From Cetorhinus maximus (lineage: Eukaryota), in contig NC_135889.1 of the NCBI RefSeq assembly GCF_964194155.1, positions 97,154,001 to 97,218,000 of the forward strand: DNA of 64,000 bases, given 5' to 3'. Under the pieces are notes generated by a model. That model was not told the DNA's origin. It did not search any database and was given only the letters and a program-made list of their open reading frames with translations. How positions within the stretch are numbered: position 1 is the first letter of the stretch; every line of letters starts with the position of its first letter. Made by a program: the position numbers and the translations under genes. Of this stretch, positions 38,571-50,446 are shown piece after piece.

Positions 38571-39894
38571 ACTGATCTTTGGCACTTGTGAGTCAGGAAA
38601 GGTATAGAAAGGGTGAATTCAACTGCTGTATTCTGTCAGGAAGAATGTGCACCACAATAACTGTGACTTTCAATTAGGCTGAACTATAGAATTCTCATGA
38701 GAGGATTGACACTAGCAGACATGTTTGCAGTTGATTCAATGTCCATTTTGAGACATGCCTGATGAAGTTACAAAGAACCAAAATTGTGACACAATAACCG
38801 CTATACAATGTTACACAAGGACTGCAAAACAATGACAACAGAGGTAACACAGTCATGTATAACTCCTATGGGTATTATTTTAATAAAGCCATTAACCCAG
38901 TCAAAACAAAGAGAAACACATTGCTGTTTCTTCTCTATGACAGTGAGATGGTTCTGTTAATTATATTAAATTACAATATTGATTTGATATTGATAAACCT
39001 CCCTCAACCTGATCACCTGACCAGCTTAGCAACCGCACATTTGATATTATTCAAAGCATCCACTTCCATATTAGCCAGGAACATTGTAAACTGCAGGGAA
39101 TCTAAAGCAGATTACATTAAAGTCCCTTTTTTGCAAGAAGAATCTTATAATCTTTCAATACCACCAATCCAATAATTGGTTCTGGTTACGATTCTTTAAA
39201 GCTTGCCACCTAGGACAATTTTAAGGAACAATTTTAAGGTTGTTTAAATAGGAAAATGTAATTTGAACAAGGTAGAGAGCATATCACTTTTACTTAAAAC
39301 CCCCTGAGGGCAAAGCACAGGATGGTTATTCAAAGCAACTAACATCACACACAGGCGACAGTAATGCAAGTGCTGATATTAATGAAAGCTCAACATTTCA
39401 GGACTTTCAAGGATTTCTTGTCAACTATTTCACATCCCCAAGGTGTCTAATAAGTTTGTTGACAAATGGTCACTTCCCTGCAAATTCTACCTACAATACA
39501 GCAGATTTATATGCGAGGGAGGCTGAGGAATAAATAACATTCAGAAAAGATTAGCAGAGATTGTAAATCGCACGCTAGTCTCTGACAGTGCAGCTGGTAT
39601 TTTAATTTTTAGGAACAGTTATAAAGATCAAGCAAGAAATCTAAAGTAGATCACCCATTCATGAAATCAGAAGAAAACACAATGGCAATTAAATCATCTT
39701 CACTTCAGCTTCTGACAGCATACTTGAAACCCATCAGAATGTTATCCTAAGCATATGGTGTTGTTAACATTTAAATAGGAACAAAGTAATCGCTAGATGA
39801 AAAAAAGATCATGGTTCATCTAATCCACCTTCTACCATGCTGTTAGTCATATAATATAGTCATCATGGAGTTGTTGACTACTCAAAAAAAATCA

Positions 39895-39990
39895 CCACCA
39901 CCAACTCACCACCACCTTCTCAAGAGCAATTAGGGAGGGGCAATAAACACTGCCTAACCAGAGACGCCCACATCCCGGAAATGAATTTTA
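39895..39990 (+). mobile_element. LINE family B tail
   Basis: ctcaccaccaccttctcaagagcaattagggagggcaataaa...gacgcccacatccc. Confidence 0.75.
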
Positions 39991-40435
39991 AAAATCTCAA
40001 TTAGTCTATGACAGGCCCAGGCATGAGATGAGGAAATTTCCACCGATGGAAAGCTTTAGGAACCATGGGTCCAATACTACCTGATCCTCCCTTGCATGCC
40101 ATACTAACCATGTATTGTCTCAAAGTAATCATACTCATTTTCATTTATATATGGTTGTTTCATCTTCCAAAAGATTCTACTGCCTCACGATTATCCAAAT
40201 AGGTCTAGGCATGATCTACCGGTGTTTGCATTTTGCGTAAAACCTAATGTAGTATTTGCAAGCATGTTGATGTATTGGCAAATTATCGACTTCATATCCC
40301 AAAAATTGTATACTCCATTGTTTGTGTCAGTAAGATGAGATATGGCTGATTTTTGCTTTGTTACCATTACTTTTATGTTAATCAATAGAGTGGTAGAGAC
40401 ACAAAAATCGCCAAAAGAGAAAAGACCAACTTATT

Positions 40436-41136
40436 GGCCAGAATTTTCCCGTCGGCGAGTTGGGGGCGGGGCCCACTCGCCAACGCGAAAATGATGCTGG
40501 ATGACGTCGGGGGCAACACCCGACATCATCCTGCCTCATTTAAATATTCAGGAAGGTGTCGGACAGCGAAATCAGCTGTCTGCCCCCCGACCAGTCAATG
40601 GCCAATTGAGGTCATTGACAGGGTAGTTAACCCAATTAAAGACCCTGCCCGTCCAACCTTAAGGTTGGTGGGCAGGCCAGGAGCCCCAACGGGCTTCTGA
40701 AAAAACATGAAACCTCATCCACTGGCGGGATGAGGTTTCATGTCTGTTTTTAAAAAGTTTAATAAAGTTTCTGTGCTTTTTATTAACGTGTCCCATCTCG
40801 TGTGACATTGTCACATGAGGGGGACATGTTAATATTTTTTTTATTTTTCTATTTTTGATGTTTATAAAACTTTCAGCACTCTCCCTGAGACAGCACTTAG
40901 TCTCAGGGAGGTGTGCGCTCTTTCGTGCGCATGCGTGAAAGAGCGCACTTTGACAGTTGGGAATCCCCACCCCCCCCGCCCGCACAGGAAGTGCATAGCG
41001 CTTCCCGTCGGGCAGCCCTTAATTGGCCCGCCCACTCAAAATGGCAGCAGGGCCCGTTTCAGCGGCGGCTATCGACTGCCCACCCGCCCGTCAAGTTGGT
41101 GGGGCCTGCCCGCCCATCAAGGACAAAATTCTGCCC
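40436..41136 (-). mobile_element. Family A MITE, full length
   Basis: ATT|GGCCAGAATTTT...AAAATTCTGCCC|ATT. Confidence 0.92.
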
Positions 41137-41255
41137 ATTGTTAGGGTTCCATCTGATCCAACTTTCAGGAGGATTTTATTTTAGGTAGCCAGAAACAATT
41201 GGGAATCTCATAAATATAAGCAAATGGGGATCAAATGGCATTGCTAGGACACACA

Positions 41256-42328
41256 GGCCCGGATTTCTGCCACAACAGATATGGCTGAAATTTCTAAGTC
41301 TCACTCCTGAACCCAGCATTTCCCTTCTTCCCGGGTCGGGACTGAAGCCGGTCTGGAGTTCACGCAATCGTGATTCGTGGAGACGCTGGCCATTTAATCA
41401 CCAGCTTCCTCCATTGAAGTGGGATTTTGGAAGAGCAGGAGTGCGAAATCCAGAGTGTGCAGTTTAGAAAAGGTAACAGGAGGTCTGAACTTGATAGATT
41501 CTTATGGGTACTTCTTCGGAGAGGTAAGGTACCCCTTTGGATAGGGATCCAGGACACCTTTTGGAGAGGTAAGTCACCCTTTGGGATTGTTAAAAGAGGA
41601 CATGATTATGCACTCATTGGAACTGCCACGCTCCAAAAGATGTGTCCAGCTGTCCAGGAACTGTCTAACTGCTCAGGAGGTGTCCAGCTGTCCAGGAACT
41701 GTCTAGCTGCTCAGTAGGTGTCCAGCTGTCCAAGAACTGCACAGTTGTCAAACTGTCAAATCTATCCAAGAAGTGTCAAGATTGTTACAGAACTGTCCAT
41801 GGATACTCGGTGAGTTAGCATAGAGGGAATAACGGCAAAGGGTGGTGGGGGCATGGGTTGGCATGAGTTGGCATTAAGTTGGCATAGGGAGTATGGGGGC
41901 AATGGGAGTGGGTAGAGAGATATTAAGTTGGTATAGGGATGTGGGGGCCATGGGGTTAAGTGTGAAGCATGGGTTGGCATAGGTTGGCTTGGATTGGGCA
42001 TAGGGAGTGTGAGTGTTGGGGGGATGAGGGGGTTGAGGGGTGAGGTCTGGAGGGAAGTTTTTTGTTTTATTATTATTGACTTAACACAGTGACAGGGCAC
42101 AGAGGCAGACCTTGCGCCCAGCCCGCCTCCGCACCCGGCAACCTGTAGATTTGTTCCAAGGTCGCTCACTGGGCACCTGTTTCATCAGCACCATCCCCCC
42201 CTCCAACTCCCAACCCCACATCCCGACGAAAAATCTCACCCTGCAGGGGCCTTTTTTAAAGGTCGGGCTCAGCAAGCTACAAAATCACCTGACTCTGCCC
42301 TCCTGATCCAGGAACAAAAATCTGGGCG
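41256..42328. mobile_element. Non-autonomous TIR element (family C) with an internal tandem repeat and a G-rich tract
   Basis: GGCCCGGATTT...AAATCTGGGCG ends, flanks ACA/TCA; ends resemble those of 53542-54207. Confidence 0.55.
41642..41800. repeat. 38-bp tandem repeat (~3 copies, then degenerate)
   Basis: TGTCCAGCTGTCCAGGAACTGTCTARCTGCTCAGKAGG at 41642 and 41680, partial at 41718. Confidence 0.85.
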
Positions 42329-42349
42329 TCAATGTCATTTTTATATCAG

Positions 42350-43781
42350 TGTTGTAACCTCTATTTCCTCAAAGCAGCCACAAACCACAAGGATGTTTAA
42401 GTCAGGGTTGTGAATATCTAGTTCATGGCTCATGTGTTCTAGAATATACATTTTAGTTTTAGAATATAACTTGTAGTTTTAGGAGTCAAAGTTTAATTGT
42501 AATAAATAGGCTAAAAACAATTAAGCAAGCTTGGAGCCTATTACAATTAAAGGTTAGGATCATATTGCCCGAAGAGGTTAACAGCGCCATTTTATGTGGG
42601 CGGGCCAATTAAGGCCCATCCAGCGTGATGTCCACAGGGAAGCGCTATGCGTTCCCTGTGTGGGCAGGGGGGGAATGCCTAAAATTGAGAGTGCGCTCTT
42701 TCACACATGCGCACGAAAGAGCGCACTTGTCTTCCTGAGGCTAAGTGCTGCCTCAGGGAGATCGCCTCTACTTTCAAAAATATTAGAAATAGAAAAAAAA
42801 ATTCCCTTACATGTCCCCTCATGTGACAATATCACATGAGTTGGGACATGTTCTTAATTTCCAAAAAAACCTTATTAAAATTTTTAAAACCCTACATGAA
42901 ACCTCATCCCGCTGGTGGATGAGGTTTCATGTTTTTTCTACTTCCCGCTGGGGCTCCTGGCCTGCCCGCCAACCTTAAGGTTGGAATGGGCAGGGCCACT
43001 AATTACTTTAATTGCTCTGTCAATGGCCTCAATTGGCTATTGACAGGTCGGCCGGCGCACAGCTGATTTTGCTGCACCCCTGACTTCCTGAAAATGTAAA
43101 TGGGGGCGGGGTGACGTAGGGAGTTTCACGCGTCATTTTACGCATCGCCAAGCTGGCCCCGCCCCCGCTCGCCGACTCATAAAATTCTGCCCCTGGTTGC
43201 AATTTGAAGCTCATGTGGTTTGCAGCTCACTGAGGAAAAATAGCCAAAGTAAATGACAGTTAGAACTATGCTGTCAGCAGACTAAAAAACCTACTTTATT
43301 ATTAACTGTGTGGAAGGCAGGTATGGCTTAATTTCAGTTTGAATTTTGTGAGAGAACAGAATTTAAAGATTGCCGAGTTTGAAACTGGTGGAATAATCTC
43401 CAGTGGTCCTCCAGAGTCATGCGGCAAAGAAAGCAACAAAAAGAATAGACTTAGAAGTATTGAAAAGGTAACTAGAACAAGGAACTGAGGCATCCACAGT
43501 CAAGAGATGGTAAATGAAAGTTTAACTCTGAGAATAGCTGGAGCTGAAGAGAATTAATAAATATTCTCCAGAGGACTGTGGCATACTGATGGGTGGTCCC
43601 CACAGAAGTAAATGGTGTAAGTTAATAGGGTTAAGGCTGCTTGTGTTGTTTAATTTGTTTTATACACAATAAAGTCTGCTTAGTTTAAAAAAAGTGAAAT
43701 CTTGTGGTGTAGTTCTATTGGTTAAAATTAGGTGTTCAGGTTTCTTCTGAAATGTCAACAGTCACTAACAGGGTCGCAAAA
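42350..43781 (+). mobile_element. Solo LTR containing a family A MITE
   Basis: TCAG|TGTTGTAACC...GGTCGCAAAA|TCAG (4-bp TSD, decayed CA end); AATAAA at ~43668; 3' part resembles the end of 25308-26215 (aaatcttgtgg / gaatcttgtgg). Confidence 0.7.
42585..43192 (+). mobile_element. Family A MITE, 5'-truncated
   Basis: All hairpins plus right TIR AAAATTCTGCCC. Confidence 0.88.
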
Positions 43782-44030
43782 TCAGGCAGGAACCAATGTG
43801 GTGTTATTTAAAGTGTCACTCATTGCTCTCATTTCAAATATTGCAAAGGTTGAGAAACATTTCACTGACAGATTTTCTTAAGCCCATTGAAGTCTTAAAA
43901 TTGGATAAGTAGCCTGACTGCCCACTAACCATGATGAGATAGCTGCCCCTCTTGAAAGGGGCCTACCACTCAATGTCCAAAATGGCTGGCTGTAATACAG
44001 AACACAGATCCATGTTGTTTTAGATTGGAA

Positions 44031-44187
44031 TAAAAATCAAAAAAATGCTGGAAATAATCTGAAATGTTTCCCTCGAATGTTAACCTCATTTCTCTCCACA
44101 GATGCTGCCTGACTTGCTGAGTATTTGCAGCATCTTCTATTTTTATCACAGATTTCCAACATCTGCAGTATTTTCCTTTTGTATTTG
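44031..44187 (+). mobile_element. Short Penelope-type terminal fragment
   Basis: Same 3' end as 50310-50543; flanks TGTTTTAGATTGGAA / TGTTTTGGATGGAA. Confidence 0.65.
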
Positions 44188-44314
44188 TGTTTTGGATGGA
44201 ACTGATCAGAGCTAGTTGGCTGCACAGTGTTGATGGCACAGCCTACAGTTTCTCATAAAATACTGATGGACTCCTCCAAAAGCCTTGACAGGTTCACAGA
44301 CATTTGTTAGTCCA

Positions 44315-44435
44315 TAAGTAGGAGGAGCAGGAATAGGTCATACAGTCCCTCAGACCTGCTCCGCAATTCAAGAAGATCACAGCTGACCAACCTTCATACC
44401 TTATTCCCACCCTATCCCTCAATTAATTTAATGTC
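44315..44435 (-). mobile_element. CR1 3' tail fragment
   Basis: cataagtaggaggagcaggaataggtcat...cctgctccgcaattcaagaagatc. Confidence 0.7.
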
Positions 44436-44495
44436 CAAAAACATACATAGAAAGAATTTTCTTTTAAAGGTTAGTCCCCTAAAGTCTGTACCTTT

Positions 44496-45239
44496 GGCCA
44501 GAATTTTTCACAGAGGCGATCACCCCATCAGAACAGTCAGAAGCGAGCCCCCCTCCTCTGGCCCTGAAAACCACGACTGGATTTGATGGTCGTAAGGAGG
44601 GGTTGTAGCTTCCACCCCACGTGATAGGATGTCCCTCTAAGAACTGCCTGACAATCCAATGGGTGACAGCTCTCCTGCCCCAGCAGTGACTTGAAGAGCA
44701 ATGGGCACTGCTGGGACTGCAGTCAGATGCCCCATGAGGAGTCATGGAGGAGGCCGGATAACGTGATAAGTTGGGGCGACTATGCTGGGACCAGTCAAGC
44801 AAGTCCTGGTGAGGGGAGGGAGCGCTGCCATCGGGAGACTAAAGGGCAGGGGCAAGCAAGGCAGCCCTTGCCACTGTGCCCCTTTATTGGGTGCAGAATG
44901 CCTGAACAGGAGGGCCGCCCCATGGGCTCTCAACCAGGCCACCAGGGGTATACAGCAGCTTCACCACATGGGTGGATACCACGACAGCCCCCATACCCCA
45001 CCACCACAATCCTGTCGGGCTGGTGACATGCCAGCGGCAATGGGAGGAGGCCCTTAAGTGGCCATTATTTGGCCACTTAAGGGTTTCATTGACCAAGGGC
45101 AGATGGGTCGCCCAACACATATCCCGCCACTGGTAAAATTCCAGTGCAGGCAGTATCCTCTGCTATATCAACTGATTTTGTGCAGCCCTCACCCCTATTG
45201 CCTGCCGGGGTGGGGAGGGGGTTGCATAACATTCTGGCC
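44496..45239. mobile_element. Harbinger-type MITE (second family)
   Basis: TTT|GGCCAGAATTTT...AACATTCTGGCC|TTT; internal palindrome cccttaagtggcca-ttatt-tggccacttaaggg. Confidence 0.8.
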
Positions 45240-45914
45240 TTTATCTTTTTAAGCAGTGTTAAAATCCTGGCTTGTCCTCTGGCAAGCCATTTCCTTGGCT
45301 GTCCTTTCCAATTACTCCTGCCCCTGCTTACTTGTGCTCTTATTCTCGTGGAAATCCTCTAACTCTATCTACATCATCCAGGGGACCAATTTCTCTCCTG
45401 GTGCATAGGAGAGTAAGAACAAGAGGGCTGCATCATGGTGAAGGTTCTCTCCACTATGTTTTTAGGATGCAAGTCACCTTAAAGGCCTATGAATAGAGCA
45501 GAGGGACAATAATTAGCATGTATTAGAATGTATGATAAACAGTTAAGATGAAGAGGAGTTGTGTGCATGTGTGCACGTGTGCATGTGCATTTGTGTGTAA
45601 GAATGGGAGAGTTAAATGGAAAGATAAGAGAATTCCCAAGCATTGTAAATTGTCTCAGTTTGTCACCTCCACATTTACACTCTGCCAAAAATGCCAATGG
45701 CATCATCCTCCATTGGAGGATATGATGGTAATGTAGCAGGACCTCTTCCTGCTATTGAGGTCTCTCTCTCTTTGTTTGTCAAGTTCTCCTGCAAGAATAG
45801 GGGTGGATTGGTTTGGGGACTGCTGAACGGTACCGAGAACATAGGAACAGTTTAACATAATGCGCATGCCAAGAGGATGTACTCGAAACATTAGCTGCAT
45901 CAATAACAAGCTAA

Positions 45915-46022
45915 TGCTTGTCTGTTCTCCCTCCACAGGTGCTGCCTAACATGCAAAGTCTTTCAGCATTTCCCATTTGTGTTTCAGATTTCCAGCATTT
46001 GTACGATTTTACCTTTTGTATT
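45915..46022 (+). mobile_element. Decayed Penelope-type terminal fragment
   Basis: ctccacaggtgctgcctaac...tttcagatttccagcatt matches the 3' end of 50310-50543. Confidence 0.55.
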
Positions 46023-46717
46023 AACATGCAGGTTGCTTGTGGCATCAATTCAGAAACAGTCTGTCTCAGTGAAAATATACAACTTGAAGCAAGCAATAAT
46101 CATGATTTAGAACTGAAAGAGATGGTGAGGGCAGTAGCAGGTATTGCGTGTCTCCGCACAAGCAGAGAGGATTTTAGCAAAGTATTACAATGATCCAGAT
46201 TTTGCAGCCAGCAGGGAATGAAAGGCTCCAACCATGCAATATACTTTCACCTGTCCATGGACTTTCTATGCATTTTGCATTGGAACTTGGAGTGATGAAT
46301 AATCTATTTCAGCATGGTACTTTCCACACAGGATCTGTGATCTATGTGAACAGGAAAAACATCTGTGCATCTGCTTAACCAATCAGCCTGGAGAACCCTT
46401 ACTGAGATAAGTAGGCCATGAAAATGGATAGGGCCCAAAAACAAACATAGTCATTGCAATGCGCAATAAACCTACAGCATTGCTTTCAATGCAGGCAGCA
46501 TATAAAATTCATGTTTCTTGCAAACTTCATGCAAAAAATATGCTGGTGAGTAGGCAAATACTTCAACAGGGGGCACAAATTTGTACACTAGTAGCACTTA
46601 AAGCTAGACTACTGCCTAAAGTCGACCTGCACCTCTGAACGGGGAGGTACATTCTGGCTGGTGCAGTTCCTGGAATTGGTTTGCAGAAGAAAGCATGAGC
46701 AAGAAGAACAATGAGTT

Positions 46718-47350
46718 ATGATGCAACAGAGCAGCAAGCAGGCTCCAAGGTTCTCTGATGCTGTGTTGAATGCCTTGCTGGAGAAGGTGGGCAGGAGGAG
46801 TGCGGTCCTCTGTCCACAGGGGGCCAGAAAGCCTTCCACACAAACTGTGAGATGGCAGTTGGAGCAGATAGCTGTGGAGCAATGCCAGAAATCTAGTCCC
46901 GAGGACTTGGATGCAGTGCCACAAGATGCAGTGTGATAAAGGTCAGTAAATGTATCTTCAAATGTCATTTACCACCAACTGCACCAGTAGCCTCACACAT
47001 TGCTCAATCCACCAGAACTCCATCACTCATCTAACAGCCTTTACCATGACTCATACTTCTCATACTTATAGCTTCAGCTCAACCTCACATGCTTAACACT
47101 GCTGTAACCCTCACCCCCACATCTTGCAGCAAGCACAGATTGCCAACTATTGAAACATGACAGCCACATCAGCCAAACACGTTGCACCATGCTCAACACT
47201 TCTCTTCCTTTTGCAGGACAAAATACTGGAATCCCAAAGATAGCAGCATCTAACCAGCTGCATGTTCCAAATCTGATCGAGGTCACTGTCACTGGTTTGC
47301 AGTGAGGCTATGGCCATAAGTGGGGCTGAAACAATCAAAGACGACAATCT
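46718..47350 (+). pseudogene. Second decayed Harbinger Myb/SANT gene
   Basis: KQAPRFSDAVLNALLEKVGRRSAVLCP...EQIAVE, then frameshifted NARNLVPRTWMQCHK; donor AG|GTCAGT at 46942; acceptor ttttgcAG at 47216, then DKILESQR. Confidence 0.78.
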
Positions 47351-49836
47351 CCTCGCACCTTATCCTCCATCTCACATTCCACTTCCCCCATCCGACAATA
47401 TCTTAATTCCGGTTTACAAGCCGCAGATGGTGTAAACATGCGCCTCTTGCAACATTCCTGCCCTTGAGTCTATATCCTTTCAGATGTCCAACAACCTGAT
47501 TATGCAGTGCTGAAAGAATAATAGGTGCAAGAACAGAAAGACACCCTATCTCACCATTGCCCCTGCCTATTTTGCCCACCTTTCAATTCCTTACTCGCTC
47601 CATGAAGGCTCTTATGTCCATAGCTGTGTTGGAGAATGAGGCGTTTTGGCTGGCCTTAGTAATGTGTTCTAGAATGAGTACCTTTGAATAGTCAACCTTC
47701 CCTTTTTAGGCTTGTTGGATTTATTACCCTCCCAAATGGCAGGTACCTGTAATCAGAAAGAAATTGCCACAGGTTGTGAGTTGGAGGTGGTCAGGGCAGG
47801 ATGAAGCAGCTAGAATAACTCTTTACAGTAAGGTCTTGATTGCTCATCTCCTACTCTTAATTACTTTCCATCATATTGTTATGTTTGCCCTCTTCAGGTT
47901 CAATCGATCTCTATCTATGCCTCACAAACTTGCCCTTGTCACCTCTGTTTCCTTTCTCTCTCTCCCTATGTCTATGTTTTCTCATCTTTATGTCTGTTCC
48001 TTTCTGCCTGCCTATTAATATTTTCTGCCTTTCTAAATGACTCACACATTCCCATGGCATGGAGAGCAAGCTATAATCTGAAGGCTTCAAACCGATGATA
48101 GGCTGAGAAATAATTTTATCTCCTTTGCCAGTTGGGCCTTAAGCCTGTGCTGTTTGTAGCCTTTGTGTGAAGGAATGGAAATTCATAGCCCTGGAGGCAG
48201 ATGAGTTAGGAAGGACTTGGCCAGGGAAACTTGGCTTACATGGAATGAAAGAAAGAAATATGTATGAAACAATATAAGTAAAGGAATATATAAAATGGGG
48301 TAGCTGGGGGAGAGGAGGAATGCTGTATTGAACCCTGACAATCATATGCTTTGTAAAAATAACAAATCTGTCATCCTGAGACTTGTTTTTGCAGCAAAAT
48401 TAACGGCCTGTTTCTGTGCTGTAACTTCCATGTTACTGCGTAACTTTTATTTTTCAGGCTAATTATCTCATTTATTTATGATTGATACAACTGCCGTAAA
48501 TCTCAGGGAAGCTCTTACAAAGCATCTTTTCACTTAAATTTCCATTTTTTGAACTTCAATCTCCTATAAGAAAAATGTTTTCTTAACTCCCATATTTTGT
48601 TTCAATCTTTGACTTCTGAGAAAACGTGTAGATGATCAAAAGTCAATGGCAATGAAATAGTAATCATGTATACACCTTGGTCAAGTCAATATAGCGAGCC
48701 TATTTAAACTGTATTCTACACTTTGATTTATTAATAAAAAGTTTATTTTTGTATCCTCATCTTGGCATGTGGGAGTGCAAGATGAAAAGCTTAGACATGT
48801 CTCATTTTTCAGCAATATTATATTTGTCTTTCTACCTTCTAATGCCAATGTCCATTATTATCATTCTCAGCATCCAAGGTTTTTTTTGTTGAACAAATGT
48901 ATGAAATTGTCCCAAAGCATTTGCAGGAAGCTGTCTGTGAGAAATGCAAAGAAAGATCACATTATATCACACAGATTGCAAAATCTTCATATCATTAATT
49001 ATTCTACATAAGTATCCAAAATAAAGGTCTAATTTAGTGAAGATCAAATATTGCTGTAGCAGAGATATATTCACTAACCCAGAGCTAATGTGGCCCTTTC
49101 AATGTTATCAAGTTTTTAACTAGCCAATGTAAAGTTGCTGGAATTCTGAGGCAGGACTATTTTTTGAAGTTTACATTTCCGGTTCCTATGCTGTAACCCT
49201 GAAACAAGTACTCATATGGGTGTTAAAAAACTGGTTGGATGTAACTTTATTTCTAGAATGTAAACATGACATAACTAAAACAGGTATTTGTTCTGTCTGA
49301 GCACATCACTTCGGCTTGGTTTTTTTTTTGTATTCACTTTTCACTATTTCACTTACCTTTTTCTATTATTTTATCTTTACTTTTCTGCTAACAATAACAG
49401 CTTACTGTAACATTGTATTTGCCAACTGACTTCTGCCTCTGGTTCCCACCATCAACTTTGGAGGAAGAGGCAACTTTTACATTCTAGTGTTTGATTGACA
49501 GAGAACTGGCACCAAAGGGTTGTTTTCTCATCCTCTTGAAGCTGGAATTATCGACCAACCAGCATCTATTGTGTCATCTGATCAATCCTTGATGCAGCTT
49601 TTACAACAGAACTACCATGTAACATTAGTGATGGATGTAATTCATCTGTGGCACAGTGGAAGTTAATAGCTTAGTAACAGTCAGTTCCCAGTCATTTTCA
49701 TTTTAGCATCTTTTTCAGCATTTTACACACTTTGAGAAAGTGGTATGTGAAGGTCTAAAGTTGCTAAAAGATTTTAGGTGGAATTTTAACTTCCTCCCCC
49801 CGATGCAAACCAGAGGAAATAGGAGTTAAAATCCAA

Positions 49837-50295
49837 GTGGCGTTGATGATGGAGGGAGTGAATGTATTTCTTGGGCACTCCATTCACCAACACAAACATT
49901 CACTCCCTCCCCAATCAAGCGGGCTGCTTTATCCTGGATGGTGTCAAGCTTCTGGAGTGTTGTTGGAGCTGCACTCACCCAGGCAAGTGGAGAAAGCATT
50001 CCATCACACTCCTGACTTGTGCCTTGCAGACAGTGGACAGACTTTGGGGAGTTATGTGGTGGGTTCCTCACCACAGAATTCCCAGCCTCTGACGTGCTTT
50101 TGGAGCCACATATTTTTGTGGTTGATCCAGTTCAGGTTCTGGTCAAGGGTAACCACCAGGATGTTGATAGTGGGGGATTCAGCAATGGCAATGCCACTGA
50201 ATGTCAAGAGAAGATGGTTAGATTCCCTCCTGTTGGAGATAGTTATTGCCAGGCATTGTGTGGCATGGAAGTTACTTGCCACTTGTTAGCCCAAG
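49837..50295 (-). mobile_element. LINE family B fragment
   Basis: LAWVSAAPTTLQKLDTIQDKAARLIG; ESPTINILVVTLDQNLNWINH. Confidence 0.85.
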
Positions 50296-50371
50296 TATCA
50301 ATTTGGTAACAAAAACAGAAAATGCTGGAAAAACTCAGCTGGTCTAACAGCATCTGTGGAGGGATAAACAG

Positions 50372-50410
50372 ACTTAACGTTTCAAGTCGGTATGATTCTT
50401 CTTCAGAAGC
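50372..50410 (-). ncRNA. Minimal type I hammerhead ribozyme motif (core intact)
   Basis: GCTT-CTGAAGA-A-GAATC-atacc-GACTT-GAAAC-GTT-AAGT: CUGANGA, imperfect stem II, GAAA, NUH triplet and a 4-bp stem I. Confidence 0.6.
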
Positions 50411-50446
50411 TCTGAAGAAGAGTCATACTGACTCAAAATGTTAACT
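50408..50446 (+). ncRNA. Minimal hammerhead motif (GAAAC mutated to AAAAT)
   Basis: AGCT-CTGAAGA-A-GAGTC-atact-GACTC-AAAAT-GTT-AACT; both changes are CpG-type transitions. Confidence 0.5.

Noticed and set aside
46190-46378. YVNRK motif suggesting a transposase next to the Myb fossil
   Set aside because: No IDxTH before it, and no HSxN or PGSxHD after it; probably chance.
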